Source of the DNA: Buchnera sp. (in: enterobacteria)
Lineage (GTDB): Bacteria > Pseudomonadota > Gammaproteobacteria > Enterobacterales > Enterobacteriaceae
Length of the DNA: 33,538 nucleotides
Assembly (NCBI GenBank): GCA_035577605.1
Contig: DATLVK010000102.1
Location: forward strand, 1-33,538
Direction: 5' to 3'
Positions 9,636 to 17,938 of the stretch are shown piece by piece (the first letter of the stretch is position 1; every line of letters begins with the position of its first letter). A program made the position numbers and the translations under genes. A model generated the notes under the pieces. The model was not told where the DNA came from. It saw only the letters and a list, made by a program, of their open reading frames with translations, and did no database searches.

Positions 9636-10873
9636 TATCCTTGCCTCTTATATCCATTTTTTAAAAATAATTGAGCTTTCCCAGTAGGAACTTGATATAA
9701 ATTTCCATCCGGACCTTGCATAACAATATTTTCGCCTTTAAACTTTTCTGCTTCTTTTAAAATAGATCCCTTAACAGATTCCTGAGATTTTTTGTTTTTA
9801 TTAGATATATCTTCATAAGGATTCATTCCTGTAGAAGTCCTTATTTTTGCACCTTTACTTAAAATTTCATTAATCTTATCTTGAGCTGCTTGGAAAGCGA
9901 CCCCAGTCATTTTCTGTCCAGCATGAGTATCTATTCCTTTTAACATATTATCTCTTATATCATTCATAACAGTAACACCAGGTTGACCACCTTCCAATAA
10001 ATTCCTAGCATTAGCTATGCCGCTCATTGCTGATAAAGCTCCCACATATTCTCCAAATTCTTTTTGTTTTCTAGGATCATTGCTAAGTTGATCTATTATT
10101 CTTTTTGGAGAAAATCCAGCATATGTATTAGCATATTTTTTTATAATAGGAGTTGTAGAACTAGATAAATAATCTAATTCTGCATTAACTTGATCAACTA
10201 ATTGAGTTCTTGTTTTGGTCGCAGTAGTTGGAGAAAATCTAGGACGTGGCAAATTATCTGGATCAAGACCTTCTTTTTCAGCTATTTTTCTTAATCCATA
10301 ACCATTATTAATATAATCTTTCATTTTTATAGGGTCTATTCCCATTCCTCTTCCTTGAGCTAATAAATTATTCTGTTCTTCTGCTGTCAGTTGACCCCAA
10401 TCATAATTTTGAGTTTGTTTAGTTTTATATTGATTTTCTATATTCTTTGATTGCTGACTTAAATTTAATGCATTCATTATCTGATTAGCAGCATTAGGAT
10501 CAGATATTAACTCAGGATGTTGTCTTAATAATTCAGCAGCTCCAATTTGGCCAGCAGCTCCAGATTGACCATAAAGAGGATTTTGTTGTTGAAAATTAAG
10601 TCTATTAGTATTTGCATTTTTATAATTAATATCAGATTGAGTTTTTGGTATATAAAGTTGATTTTCCATTTGAGCTTTCTTTAATTGTTCAGGAAATAAT
10701 TTGTTAACTCTTTCTTCTTGAGATTGAGCTAATTGATTAGCAATTTGAATTTGTTTATATTTCTCTAACTGATCAGCAATATCACTAGATACACTTGTAA
10801 TTCCAAGCATAGTTTTTAATGTTTTATCACTAGGATTTTCATATTGAGGCAGAGGAATCATTGAAAAAGCCAT
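9635..10873 (-). CDS. DNA ejection protein (positional analogue of P22 gp20)
   Basis: Gln/Asn/Ala-rich helical protein lying between the gp7-like and gp16-like genes. Confidence 0.6.
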   Translation of the reverse strand: MAFSMIPLPQYENPSDKTLKTMLGITSVSSDIADQLEKYKQIQIANQLAQSQEERVNKLFPEQLKKAQMENQLYIPKTQSDINYKNANTNRLNFQQQNPLYGQSGAAGQIGAAELLRQHPELISDPNAANQIMNALNLSQQSKNIENQYKTKQTQNYDWGQLTAEEQNNLLAQGRGMGIDPIKMKDYINNGYGLRKIAEKEGLDPDNLPRPRFSPTTATKTRTQLVDQVNAELDYLSSSTTPIIKKYANTYAGFSPKRIIDQLSNDPRKQKEFGEYVGALSAMSGIANARNLLEGGQPGVTVMNDIRDNMLKGIDTHAGQKMTGVAFQAAQDKINEILSKGAKIRTSTGMNPYEDISNKNKKSQESVKGSILKEAEKFKGENIVMQGPDGNLYQVPTGKAQLFLKNGYKRQG

Positions 10874-10880
10874 AAATCAC

Positions 10881-11540
10881 CTATAATCCAAATCCAATTA
10901 AAGCACCACTTATCAAGCTACCTAAATCTCCAAACATACTAGAATTAGCAGAATTTTTAGCTGCTTCTTCGCCATATTTAGCTTTAGCCATTTCTTGACC
11001 TAACATTTCATACATTCTACTTAATGAATTAGCAGATTTTTCCCCCATACCAACCTCATGCTCAAGACCTTGTCCGTATTGTGTATTTATTCCTAAAACA
11101 TGATTCAGCCATGTTTCCATATCTTTATTTGAAATATTTTCAGCATTTTCTTGCTCTTGAAGCATTAATGGAGTACTTCCTGTTAAACCAGAAGAAGAAG
11201 CCATATTATTTGCAGCTCTAATAGCTTGCTCTTGCTCATATTCTGAATAAGGAGATTGACTATATCCACCCATAATATCATTAATAAACTTAGTAGGGTC
11301 TGACATTTTGCTTAAATATTTCTGATATTGTGGAATCGCCGCAGTTCCAGCATTATAAAAAGGATTTTGATAAGTAGCAGCCTGATTTGTATATTGGGTT
11401 AATTGTTTAGAAGCATCTTTATATGGTTTAGAAGGGTCACCACCAAATAATCCTCCTAGAAGACCAGCTGCCCCCATTCCAGCCATAGCCGTTCCAAATG
11501 CTTCATTAAATCCTGGCGATCCAAATCCTGAACTAGCCAT
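10881..11540 (-). CDS. DNA pilot/ejection protein (P22 gp7-like)
   Basis: Gly-rich hydrophobic termini, PFYNAGTAA, SPYSEYEQEQA...AANNMASSSGLTGS pattern. Confidence 0.7.
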   Translation of the reverse strand: MASSGFGSPGFNEAFGTAMAGMGAAGLLGGLFGGDPSKPYKDASKQLTQYTNQAATYQNPFYNAGTAAIPQYQKYLSKMSDPTKFINDIMGGYSQSPYSEYEQEQAIRAANNMASSSGLTGSTPLMLQEQENAENISNKDMETWLNHVLGINTQYGQGLEHEVGMGEKSANSLSRMYEMLGQEMAKAKYGEEAAKNSANSSMFGDLGSLISGALIGFGL

Positions 11541-11549
11541 ATATTTTCC

Positions 11550-11825
11550 TTAAGGAGAAGTAGTGAAAGTTTGCCATATTCCACCTCTCCATATTTGAGG
11601 TCCTATAATAGTAGTATTATATATTATTTGACCTTCTGTGGGAGATTGAATTTTATTTCTTTGATCAGTAGTTAATCTAGGAATAAAAATTCCAAATTCT
11701 GATAAATATTCAATTACTGATTGAGAAAATGTCGTAATCCATGACATCCAAATTCCATTCATAAAATCCTTACTATTAGCAGTAATAGGATCATATATAG
11801 GAGGCAAATCTAAATTATTTGACAT
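11550..11825 (-). CDS. Small tail protein (position of P22 gp26/gp14)
   Basis: IPRLTTDQRNKI.SP.EGQIIYNTT motif common in virion proteins. Confidence 0.6.
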   Translation of the reverse strand: MSNNLDLPPIYDPITANSKDFMNGIWMSWITTFSQSVIEYLSEFGIFIPRLTTDQRNKIQSPTEGQIIYNTTIIGPQIWRGGIWQTFTTSP

Positions 11826-11827
11826 AT

Positions 11828-13819
11828 TTACTCCGGTAATTGTTCATAAACCCAAGCAGCTCCCAAAATAATATAAGGAACTTGAGTAAAAAATTCTATT
11901 TTAGGAACAAAATATTGTCCTCTAGGAATAACTCCTAATTTTCTCCAAACTGTTCTAAATGATCTTTCGCCAACAGCACCCATTGGAGAAGATAATTTAT
12001 TACCATAAGACTGACCACCATCTTTTGAATAAGATAAAAATACAGTAGGATTTATATCTTCTATTTTTGTATATTTAATTGTATTTGGAGTAAATCCAGT
12101 AGATACAATATCAATATAAATATTATCAATAGCATTATTATAACTTGTAGCTAACCTAATATTTGTTAATGATATTAAAATAACATAATAATTAGTATTA
12201 ACTGCTAATGGAATAGGCAATTGACCATAAGAGGAAGATAATGTTACTAATGATCCTGTAACTAATCCAATAGTACTTTCTACAGTTATCATATCTGTAG
12301 TAGGATCAGCAGTAAATGGTAAATTAAATTGAGAATTTACTATTTGTCCTTGTAATAAATCTAAATGATATCTATCAATTCTAACTCTTTTATAAGTAGG
12401 ATCACCAATAGCTCTTCCTATTCTAACTCTTCTAATAGATTCACCATCATTAGTACAATTATTACTATCCACAATATAAAGAGCAGGAAATCTATAGTCT
12501 CCATAATAATTATTTCCTTGGAAATAAACATGAGACTGAGCAGGATGACGATCTCCATTTAATAATTCTTCTTCATGCCATCTTCGACCATCTTCTGTTT
12601 CAGGATTACTCATGCTTTCATTATAAACAAAAGTTTTATTAGCATCAGTAAAATTTAATCTATAAAATATTAATCCATTTTCTTTTATTAATATTCCTAA
12701 TGGATCATTTTCTCCAATTAATTGATTTTGAGCATATTGAGAAAGCTGAAAATCTAATGCTCTATTACTAATAGGAAAAGGCTGTGTTCCTACAACTTCC
12801 ATTACTGATCCCAATCCATCTTGAGTTTGAGATAAAAAAAACATTTTATTAAACCCAGTGATGATACTAGCTCTTGAGGGAGTTCCATATTCCATTAATA
12901 AGCTATTATTTCTTCTAAAAGGAAGATTAGTTCCTATGCCTTGATTCTCCCAAACTTCAGTATAATAAGAAGAAAATAAAAATAATTTTCTATATAAAGT
13001 TCTGCAAGCTATTATATTACCAGGATGAGTAGTTATTGATCCTACTTGTAATTGACCTAAATTTGTTATAGTTCCAGACCCAGTAGCAGTAAAATTAATA
13101 GCAGCTCCACCTTTAGCTGATGATAATCTTATAGTATTAATTCCATCGTTAAAAACCACATAATAAGTAGTAGATAAAGAAAAAGGAGCAACAACTATAG
13201 TAAAAAGAACAGGAGTTCCAATAGCATAATTTAATACTGATCCACTAGTTAAAACTAGATTAGGAGAGCCATTTGTAGCATTAAAATTAGCAGTAGAAAC
13301 ACCCCAAATTAATCCATTATTAAAACTTGATAATTTAAAATTATTAGTATCTCCATCTGCTACTACAAAAAATCCATCAAGAGAACAGACATCTATTGGT
13401 TTAGCAGGAAAACTACTGTCTGTTATTTGTTCAAATAAATTAACATCCGTGTCGTAAATCCATCCATTAATTCCATCTACAAAAATTATCTGGAAAGTAT
13501 TAGCATCTATTCCAACATAATTAGGATTTCCAGAAATAGTTCCTATATGAGAAAAACTAAAGGTATTATCTATTCTATAAACTTCATTACCAACAACATG
13601 ATACATGCTATCTTTAAATACAAACGATTTTCTAAAACCTTCAGTATTAGGAAAAAAATTAATCTCTGAATTAGTTAAACCAGAAGTAAATATTAAAGAT
13701 TTAGATTTTTTATTTTGAGAATCTATATATTCAAATTGATTAATAGTTCTTTCCGAATCAATGACAGGATATCGTTGATTATTATAGCTACCTACTATTT
13801 CGTAATTTTCCCATGTCAT
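11828..13819 (-). CDS. Tail hub / DNA stabilisation protein (P22 gp10-like)
   Basis: DVCSLDGFFV, LFLFSSYYTEVWENQG, LSYSKDGGQSYGN...WRKLG motifs; position after the gp4-like gene. Confidence 0.85.
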   Translation of the reverse strand: MTWENYEIVGSYNNQRYPVIDSERTINQFEYIDSQNKKSKSLIFTSGLTNSEINFFPNTEGFRKSFVFKDSMYHVVGNEVYRIDNTFSFSHIGTISGNPNYVGIDANTFQIIFVDGINGWIYDTDVNLFEQITDSSFPAKPIDVCSLDGFFVVADGDTNNFKLSSFNNGLIWGVSTANFNATNGSPNLVLTSGSVLNYAIGTPVLFTIVVAPFSLSTTYYVVFNDGINTIRLSSAKGGAAINFTATGSGTITNLGQLQVGSITTHPGNIIACRTLYRKLFLFSSYYTEVWENQGIGTNLPFRRNNSLLMEYGTPSRASIITGFNKMFFLSQTQDGLGSVMEVVGTQPFPISNRALDFQLSQYAQNQLIGENDPLGILIKENGLIFYRLNFTDANKTFVYNESMSNPETEDGRRWHEEELLNGDRHPAQSHVYFQGNNYYGDYRFPALYIVDSNNCTNDGESIRRVRIGRAIGDPTYKRVRIDRYHLDLLQGQIVNSQFNLPFTADPTTDMITVESTIGLVTGSLVTLSSSYGQLPIPLAVNTNYYVILISLTNIRLATSYNNAIDNIYIDIVSTGFTPNTIKYTKIEDINPTVFLSYSKDGGQSYGNKLSSPMGAVGERSFRTVWRKLGVIPRGQYFVPKIEFFTQVPYIILGAAWVYEQLPE

Positions 13820-13820
13820 A

Positions 13821-14561
13821 TTAGTAGTATGATAATATCATTTGCCAGAAAGGAGAACCTGGCGCAGTTAATAGTACAGAAGGTCTAATAGTAAGATCAG
13901 TTTCATTAGCATTCTTCAAGTTATTTATATAGCTTAAATATTCATCTTCAGATGTTTGTTTCCAATTTCCTGAAGGATAATAATCAATAAACTTTCTAGC
14001 TAAGGCATATTTTAAAAATCCATAATAATAAGGAGGAAGCTCTATAATACTTTGATCAGAATCCAATGAATCTAACATCACTTTACATTGAATAAAAAAA
14101 GGATATGGCTGATCAGGAGCAGGATATACAGTAATAAAACTTTCTAAAGATTGCTTATTAAGAAATATAAAACATGGTCTAGTTCTCAAATTCTGTAAAG
14201 TAATAATATTATAATATTCAGCTTTACTAATAATTTTTAAAGGATAAGTAATTGGTTGATCAGATTCTGGCTGAACAACATAATTAGCAAAAGATAAATC
14301 TATAATTCTGTCAGAAACTATATCTGACGATATCATGTCAGATAAAGAATAAGTTTGTTGACCAGGAACAAAAACAGAATTAATAGTAGTTAAAAAAGGC
14401 ACATAAATACTATCAGAAGTAAATTTTGCAATTATTTCATTAATTAAAGTTAAACCTTTGGAAAGCATAAAGGCATCAGCCAATTCACCGACGCCTAGCT
14501 CACCAATAAGTTGCAATGAATCAATGATTAAATCATTAGTAGTAGGAATAATTTGAGGCAT
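13821..14561 (-). CDS. Head-tail adaptor (P22 gp4-like)
   Basis: TTNDLIIDSLQLIG...GLTLINEII N-terminus, ELPPYYYGFLKYALA; synteny. Confidence 0.75.
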   Translation of the reverse strand: MPQIIPTTNDLIIDSLQLIGELGVGELADAFMLSKGLTLINEIIAKFTSDSIYVPFLTTINSVFVPGQQTYSLSDMISSDIVSDRIIDLSFANYVVQPESDQPITYPLKIISKAEYYNIITLQNLRTRPCFIFLNKQSLESFITVYPAPDQPYPFFIQCKVMLDSLDSDQSIIELPPYYYGFLKYALARKFIDYYPSGNWKQTSEDEYLSYINNLKNANETDLTIRPSVLLTAPGSPFWQMILSYY

Positions 14562-14573
14562 GAAAACCTCTTA

Positions 14574-14840
14574 TTATTTAACTGGATAAGCTTTCTTATC
14601 CAAGTTACTAGTTAAACTACGAGCAAATTCTTGCGCATGCTCACCATCATTAACCATACATGCATCAAAAGTAGTATAACGAGATTCTAAATTAGGGGCT
14701 TTTCCTCCCATAGAAGCAGTCATAGCTTGTTGTTTCTTAACAAATTCATTATCAGAATTATGTCGTTCCTGAAACATCTTTTGTCTTTTGTTTGCGATTG
14801 TAGCTTCTTTTCCCTTCATCCCGTCGTATCTGTCCTTCAT
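14574..14840 (-). CDS. Hypothetical protein downstream of coat
   Basis: 88 aa with GAGGG SD. Confidence 0.65.
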   Translation of the reverse strand: MKDRYDGMKGKEATIANKRQKMFQERHNSDNEFVKKQQAMTASMGGKAPNLESRYTTFDACMVNDGEHAQEFARSLTSNLDKKAYPVK

Positions 14841-14967
14841 ATTTTTCCCTCACTTGTTTAGCTTCATTTGGATGTTTAAACCATTCTTTAGTGGCTAATA
14901 ATTTTTCATATTCTTCATCATCTACAACACGCATTGGATAAACTGGATGATAAATACAATTAATCAT
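14758..14967 (-). CDS. Hypothetical protein immediately after coat
   Basis: 69 aa, GAGG SD; IYHP...EWFKHP pattern. Confidence 0.65.
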   Translation of the reverse strand: MINCIYHPVYPMRVVDDEEYEKLLATKEWFKHPNEAKQVREKYEGQIRRDEGKRSYNRKQKTKDVSGTT

Positions 14968-14982
14968 TATTAGCCTCTTAAA

Positions 14983-16194
14983 TTATGATAATAGTTTAGT
15001 TGCGTATTGAGGATGCCATTTAAATCCACATAAAATATCTATACGCATATAATTTTGATAACTTAAAATGTCGCCAATTTGAGTTACCGCAAGAGACAAT
15101 CCAGTTTCAGAATCAACAGATATTTCTTGATATGGAACTTGTAATTTATACAATGGAGGACAAACTATATCTAAAGCTCGTGAAGGATATGAAACATTCA
15201 CGTTATAACTTGGAACCATTGTAACAACAGCACCATTAGGAACAGGATTATCTACATTCTGCAATGGATTGGATGTTGAACTAATAATTGCAGGATTAAC
15301 TTGAATTGTTACTGCACCACCACCACTAGAATCAGCAGAAGCAGTTATAACAAATTGCATGTCTTGACCAGTAGATGCCCTAGAAAGAGGATTTACACTA
15401 TGAACTCCGCTAATACTAATTAAATCACCTGGTAAAAAATATCCAGTTACAGAAGCTGTTGCACCAGATAATACAATAGTATTTCCTGATGAAACTGCGC
15501 CATTAACTAATAATGTATCACCCGAATGAAGAGTAGGTCCTGCTCCAGCTTGATGACGAACAATATTTTGAGATTGAAAAACGTCAAAATAAGATAAATG
15601 ACCAATAGCAGATTGCCTAACAATTTCCTCATTAAATACTGGAGTAAATTGATTTAATAAAGAACCTTTAAGAGAAGATGCATCTCGGACTGTCATTGCT
15701 GTATAAGCATCAGCAGATATATTAACACCTTGCTCTAATAATTTAGCACCAGCTAAATCTACAGTAGTATAAGAATTAATAGGAGTTCCAGCAGTTCCAG
15801 TAAAGAAATAAAGTTCTTGTTCAGCAGAAGAGCAAATATCACGCTCCATTTTGCTAGTAATATCTTGAATAGCAGGCTGAATAAAAATACGAGAAAAATC
15901 TTCAATTCTTAACGTCAAATCTTGAATAGTATAAGCAATAAGAGTGTGATATTGATGAGCAATTGTAATATTTTCAGTCGTTTCAATAATGCTTTGAGGA
16001 GTAGCAGTAGAACCATCACCAACTATAAAATTATTTTGTCTTCGAACTTGTAATGTATCTCCAATCTTATAACCAGTTGATGTAAAATCGTCTTGATAAA
16101 TACGGCTAGCTGTCATAACAAAAGGACAGTTATTCGCAAACATCGCCAATGCCGTATTAGAGACGAGTTGCGTAGTAATTAATTGATTTGGCAT
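14983..16194 (-). CDS. Major capsid protein (P22 coat gp5 family)
   Basis: MPNQLIT...KIGDTLQVR, LPGDLISISGV.SVNP, C-terminal RIDILCG motif. Confidence 0.92.
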   Translation of the reverse strand: MPNQLITTQLVSNTALAMFANNCPFVMTASRIYQDDFTSTGYKIGDTLQVRRQNNFIVGDGSTATPQSIIETTENITIAHQYHTLIAYTIQDLTLRIEDFSRIFIQPAIQDITSKMERDICSSAEQELYFFTGTAGTPINSYTTVDLAGAKLLEQGVNISADAYTAMTVRDASSLKGSLLNQFTPVFNEEIVRQSAIGHLSYFDVFQSQNIVRHQAGAGPTLHSGDTLLVNGAVSSGNTIVLSGATASVTGYFLPGDLISISGVHSVNPLSRASTGQDMQFVITASADSSGGGAVTIQVNPAIISSTSNPLQNVDNPVPNGAVVTMVPSYNVNVSYPSRALDIVCPPLYKLQVPYQEISVDSETGLSLAVTQIGDILSYQNYMRIDILCGFKWHPQYATKLLS

Positions 16195-16215
16195 TTCAAA
16201 ATCTCCCAGTGATTA

Positions 16216-17019
16216 TTAACCCCATTTATTTCCGTTTTCTTTCATTCTTCTGCGTATTTCTCCAACAGAAGTTTTTGAATTAACACTCGAAGAAGTCACT
16301 GGATTATTTTTGATGTTTCCTAAAGGTTGAGAAGCCGTATTATTTGACTTACTGCCACCATTATTCATCGTCGCAATTGCCAGTTTCATAACTTCTTTTG
16401 CTTGATCTAATGGATGGAGTTTAGAAATTTCATGCAATTTATTTTTATCTTTACCAAGACGATACAATGTTTCAGGAATGTCCATTCCAGGAATGTCATG
16501 AAGTAACAAAGCTACAGCTTGCATTGATTCTGTATATGGGGCATCTTTAGCCTTTACTACATCATCAAAATCATCATATTTTTCAGAATGCTTATCTAAA
16601 GTACTAGCCAATTCAGATTGCTTCTTATAAACATGTTGAGCATTTTGATATTGTTGCTTCTTCAATTCCTCTTGTTTCTCTTGATCTCGAACCTTTTGAA
16701 CTAATGAATATAACTTTCTATCCAATTCATTATCATTTGAATTGTTTAATGAATCTTCTATTGGCATGGGTGGTTGTATATTGGCAGGATGATAATTAAC
16801 ACGAGCATGCAATTCATCTAACTGTTCTTGCATTCTTCGCATTTCTTTCTTATGACGTTTTTCCTGCATGCCAATCTTTTTCTTGGCATACTCAGGAAGA
16901 TCATCACTATAATTATCTTTACTACCGTCGTCTGACACTGCAGATGGATTTCCCAAAGACTCATCTACCATTTCACCTAATGCTTGCTGAGATTCACTAC
17001 CCATTTCAGGTTCTTGCAT
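16216..17019 (-). CDS. Scaffolding protein
   Basis: Acidic N-terminus, coiled coil, KYDDFDDVV and LYRLGK motifs, basic C-terminus; directly upstream of coat. Confidence 0.8.
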   Translation of the reverse strand: MQEPEMGSESQQALGEMVDESLGNPSAVSDDGSKDNYSDDLPEYAKKKIGMQEKRHKKEMRRMQEQLDELHARVNYHPANIQPPMPIEDSLNNSNDNELDRKLYSLVQKVRDQEKQEELKKQQYQNAQHVYKKQSELASTLDKHSEKYDDFDDVVKAKDAPYTESMQAVALLLHDIPGMDIPETLYRLGKDKNKLHEISKLHPLDQAKEVMKLAIATMNNGGSKSNNTASQPLGNIKNNPVTSSSVNSKTSVGEIRRRMKENGNKWG

Positions 17020-17034
17020 TTTCTAACTCCTAAT

Positions 17035-17110
17035 GGCATTTAATTGCCCCGAAGGTACGGCCCTTCGTAAGCCAGATAACAGAATGGCCAAATTCTGTTA
17101 AATATCAGCC
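17035..17110 (-). promoter_or_regulatory. Structured 5' leader of the scaffold gene
   Basis: Hairpins 17035-17048, 17050-17067 and 17077-17100 adjoining the AGGAG SD (17027-17031). Confidence 0.5.
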
Positions 17111-17240
17111 TAATAGGAATATAGAATGCTCACAATGGATACAGGTATACCTTTTTAATTTAAATATTTATATTAATCATATATTTATTTTAAAAATGTT
17201 ATATATTAAAAAAAATAATAAATTATATTTTTATATTTAC

Positions 17241-17366
17241 ATTTACTACCAATTTACTACCAATTTACTACCAATAATTACTAAATTGGTAATAAATTTT
17301 ATGATTAAATTTTTATAACTGATTACGGTAATTAAGATGTACTTTACGGTAATTAACGGTAATTAA
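17241..17366. repeat. Short repeat cluster: 3x ATTTACTACCA, one inverted copy, 3x CGGTAATTAA
   Basis: 17241-17273; TTGGTAATAAAT at 17286-17297; 17326-17335 and 17347-17366. Confidence 0.9.
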
Positions 17367-17392
17367 TCCTGAAAATTATACCTTTCACTTAG

Positions 17393-17421
17393 TTGACTTA
17401 TATTTCATTTTGAAATATTAT
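17393..17421 (+). promoter_or_regulatory. Sigma70-type promoter with embedded 19-bp palindromic operator
   Basis: TTGACT-17bp-TATTAT; ATATTTCA-TTT-TGAAATAT at 17400-17418. Confidence 0.75.
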
Positions 17422-17455
17422 TATTTTGATAATTTAAAACTTAAAGGAAAATAAT

Positions 17456-17611
17456 ATGAATACACCTGAATTTTTAGATACACTTAAAAAATGTATAGAA
17501 ATATATAAAAATGATAAATATACTTATTCTATAGATGAACATTTTTTAATAATTAAAGATATTTTCTATAAATATATGAATTATAAAGAAATTAAACAAA
17601 TAGTTGAATAA
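17456..17611 (+). CDS. 51-aa hypothetical protein (moron)
   Basis: MNTPEFLDTLKKCIE..., AAAGGA SD, downstream of the promoter; below the track cutoff. Confidence 0.65.
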   Translation: MNTPEFLDTLKKCIEIYKNDKYTYSIDEHFLIIKDIFYKYMNYKEIKQIVE

Positions 17612-17631
17612 TATACTTAAAAAATATAAAA

Positions 17632-17662
17632 AAATCGACATATCAATGATATATGTCGATTT
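17632..17662 (-). terminator. 12-bp stem hairpin, probable terminator
   Basis: AAATCGACATAT-7nt-ATATGTCGATTT, followed by a U-rich tract on the minus strand. Confidence 0.55.
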
Positions 17663-17691
17663 AATAAATATATAAAAAATAAGGATTAAAA

Positions 17692-17895
17692 ATGTTAATT
17701 GAATGTTATTACGAATATACAAAATCATTAGATTTTAATAAAATAAAATGCACTAAATGTGCATTTAGCATACCTATAATTCAGGATTTAAAAATAAAAC
17801 CACTTGAAATTAAAAATATTATAAAAGATAGAATTGCAGAAATGGGATTTTGCAATAATTGCCTTTATACACTTATAGATCAAATAACCCAATGA
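17692..17895 (+). CDS. Small Zn-finger-like protein (moron)
   Basis: CTKC...CNNC, AAGGA SD. Confidence 0.65.
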   Translation: MLIECYYEYTKSLDFNKIKCTKCAFSIPIIQDLKIKPLEIKNIIKDRIAEMGFCNNCLYTLIDQITQ

Positions 17896-17938
17896 AGTTC
17901 GCATTGTTAAGAGACGTTTAGGGTATTGTTATTAATCT

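Noticed and set aside
17241-17366. Mini CRISPR array
   Set aside because: Units are only 10-11 bp and mostly directly tandem, with no unique spacers
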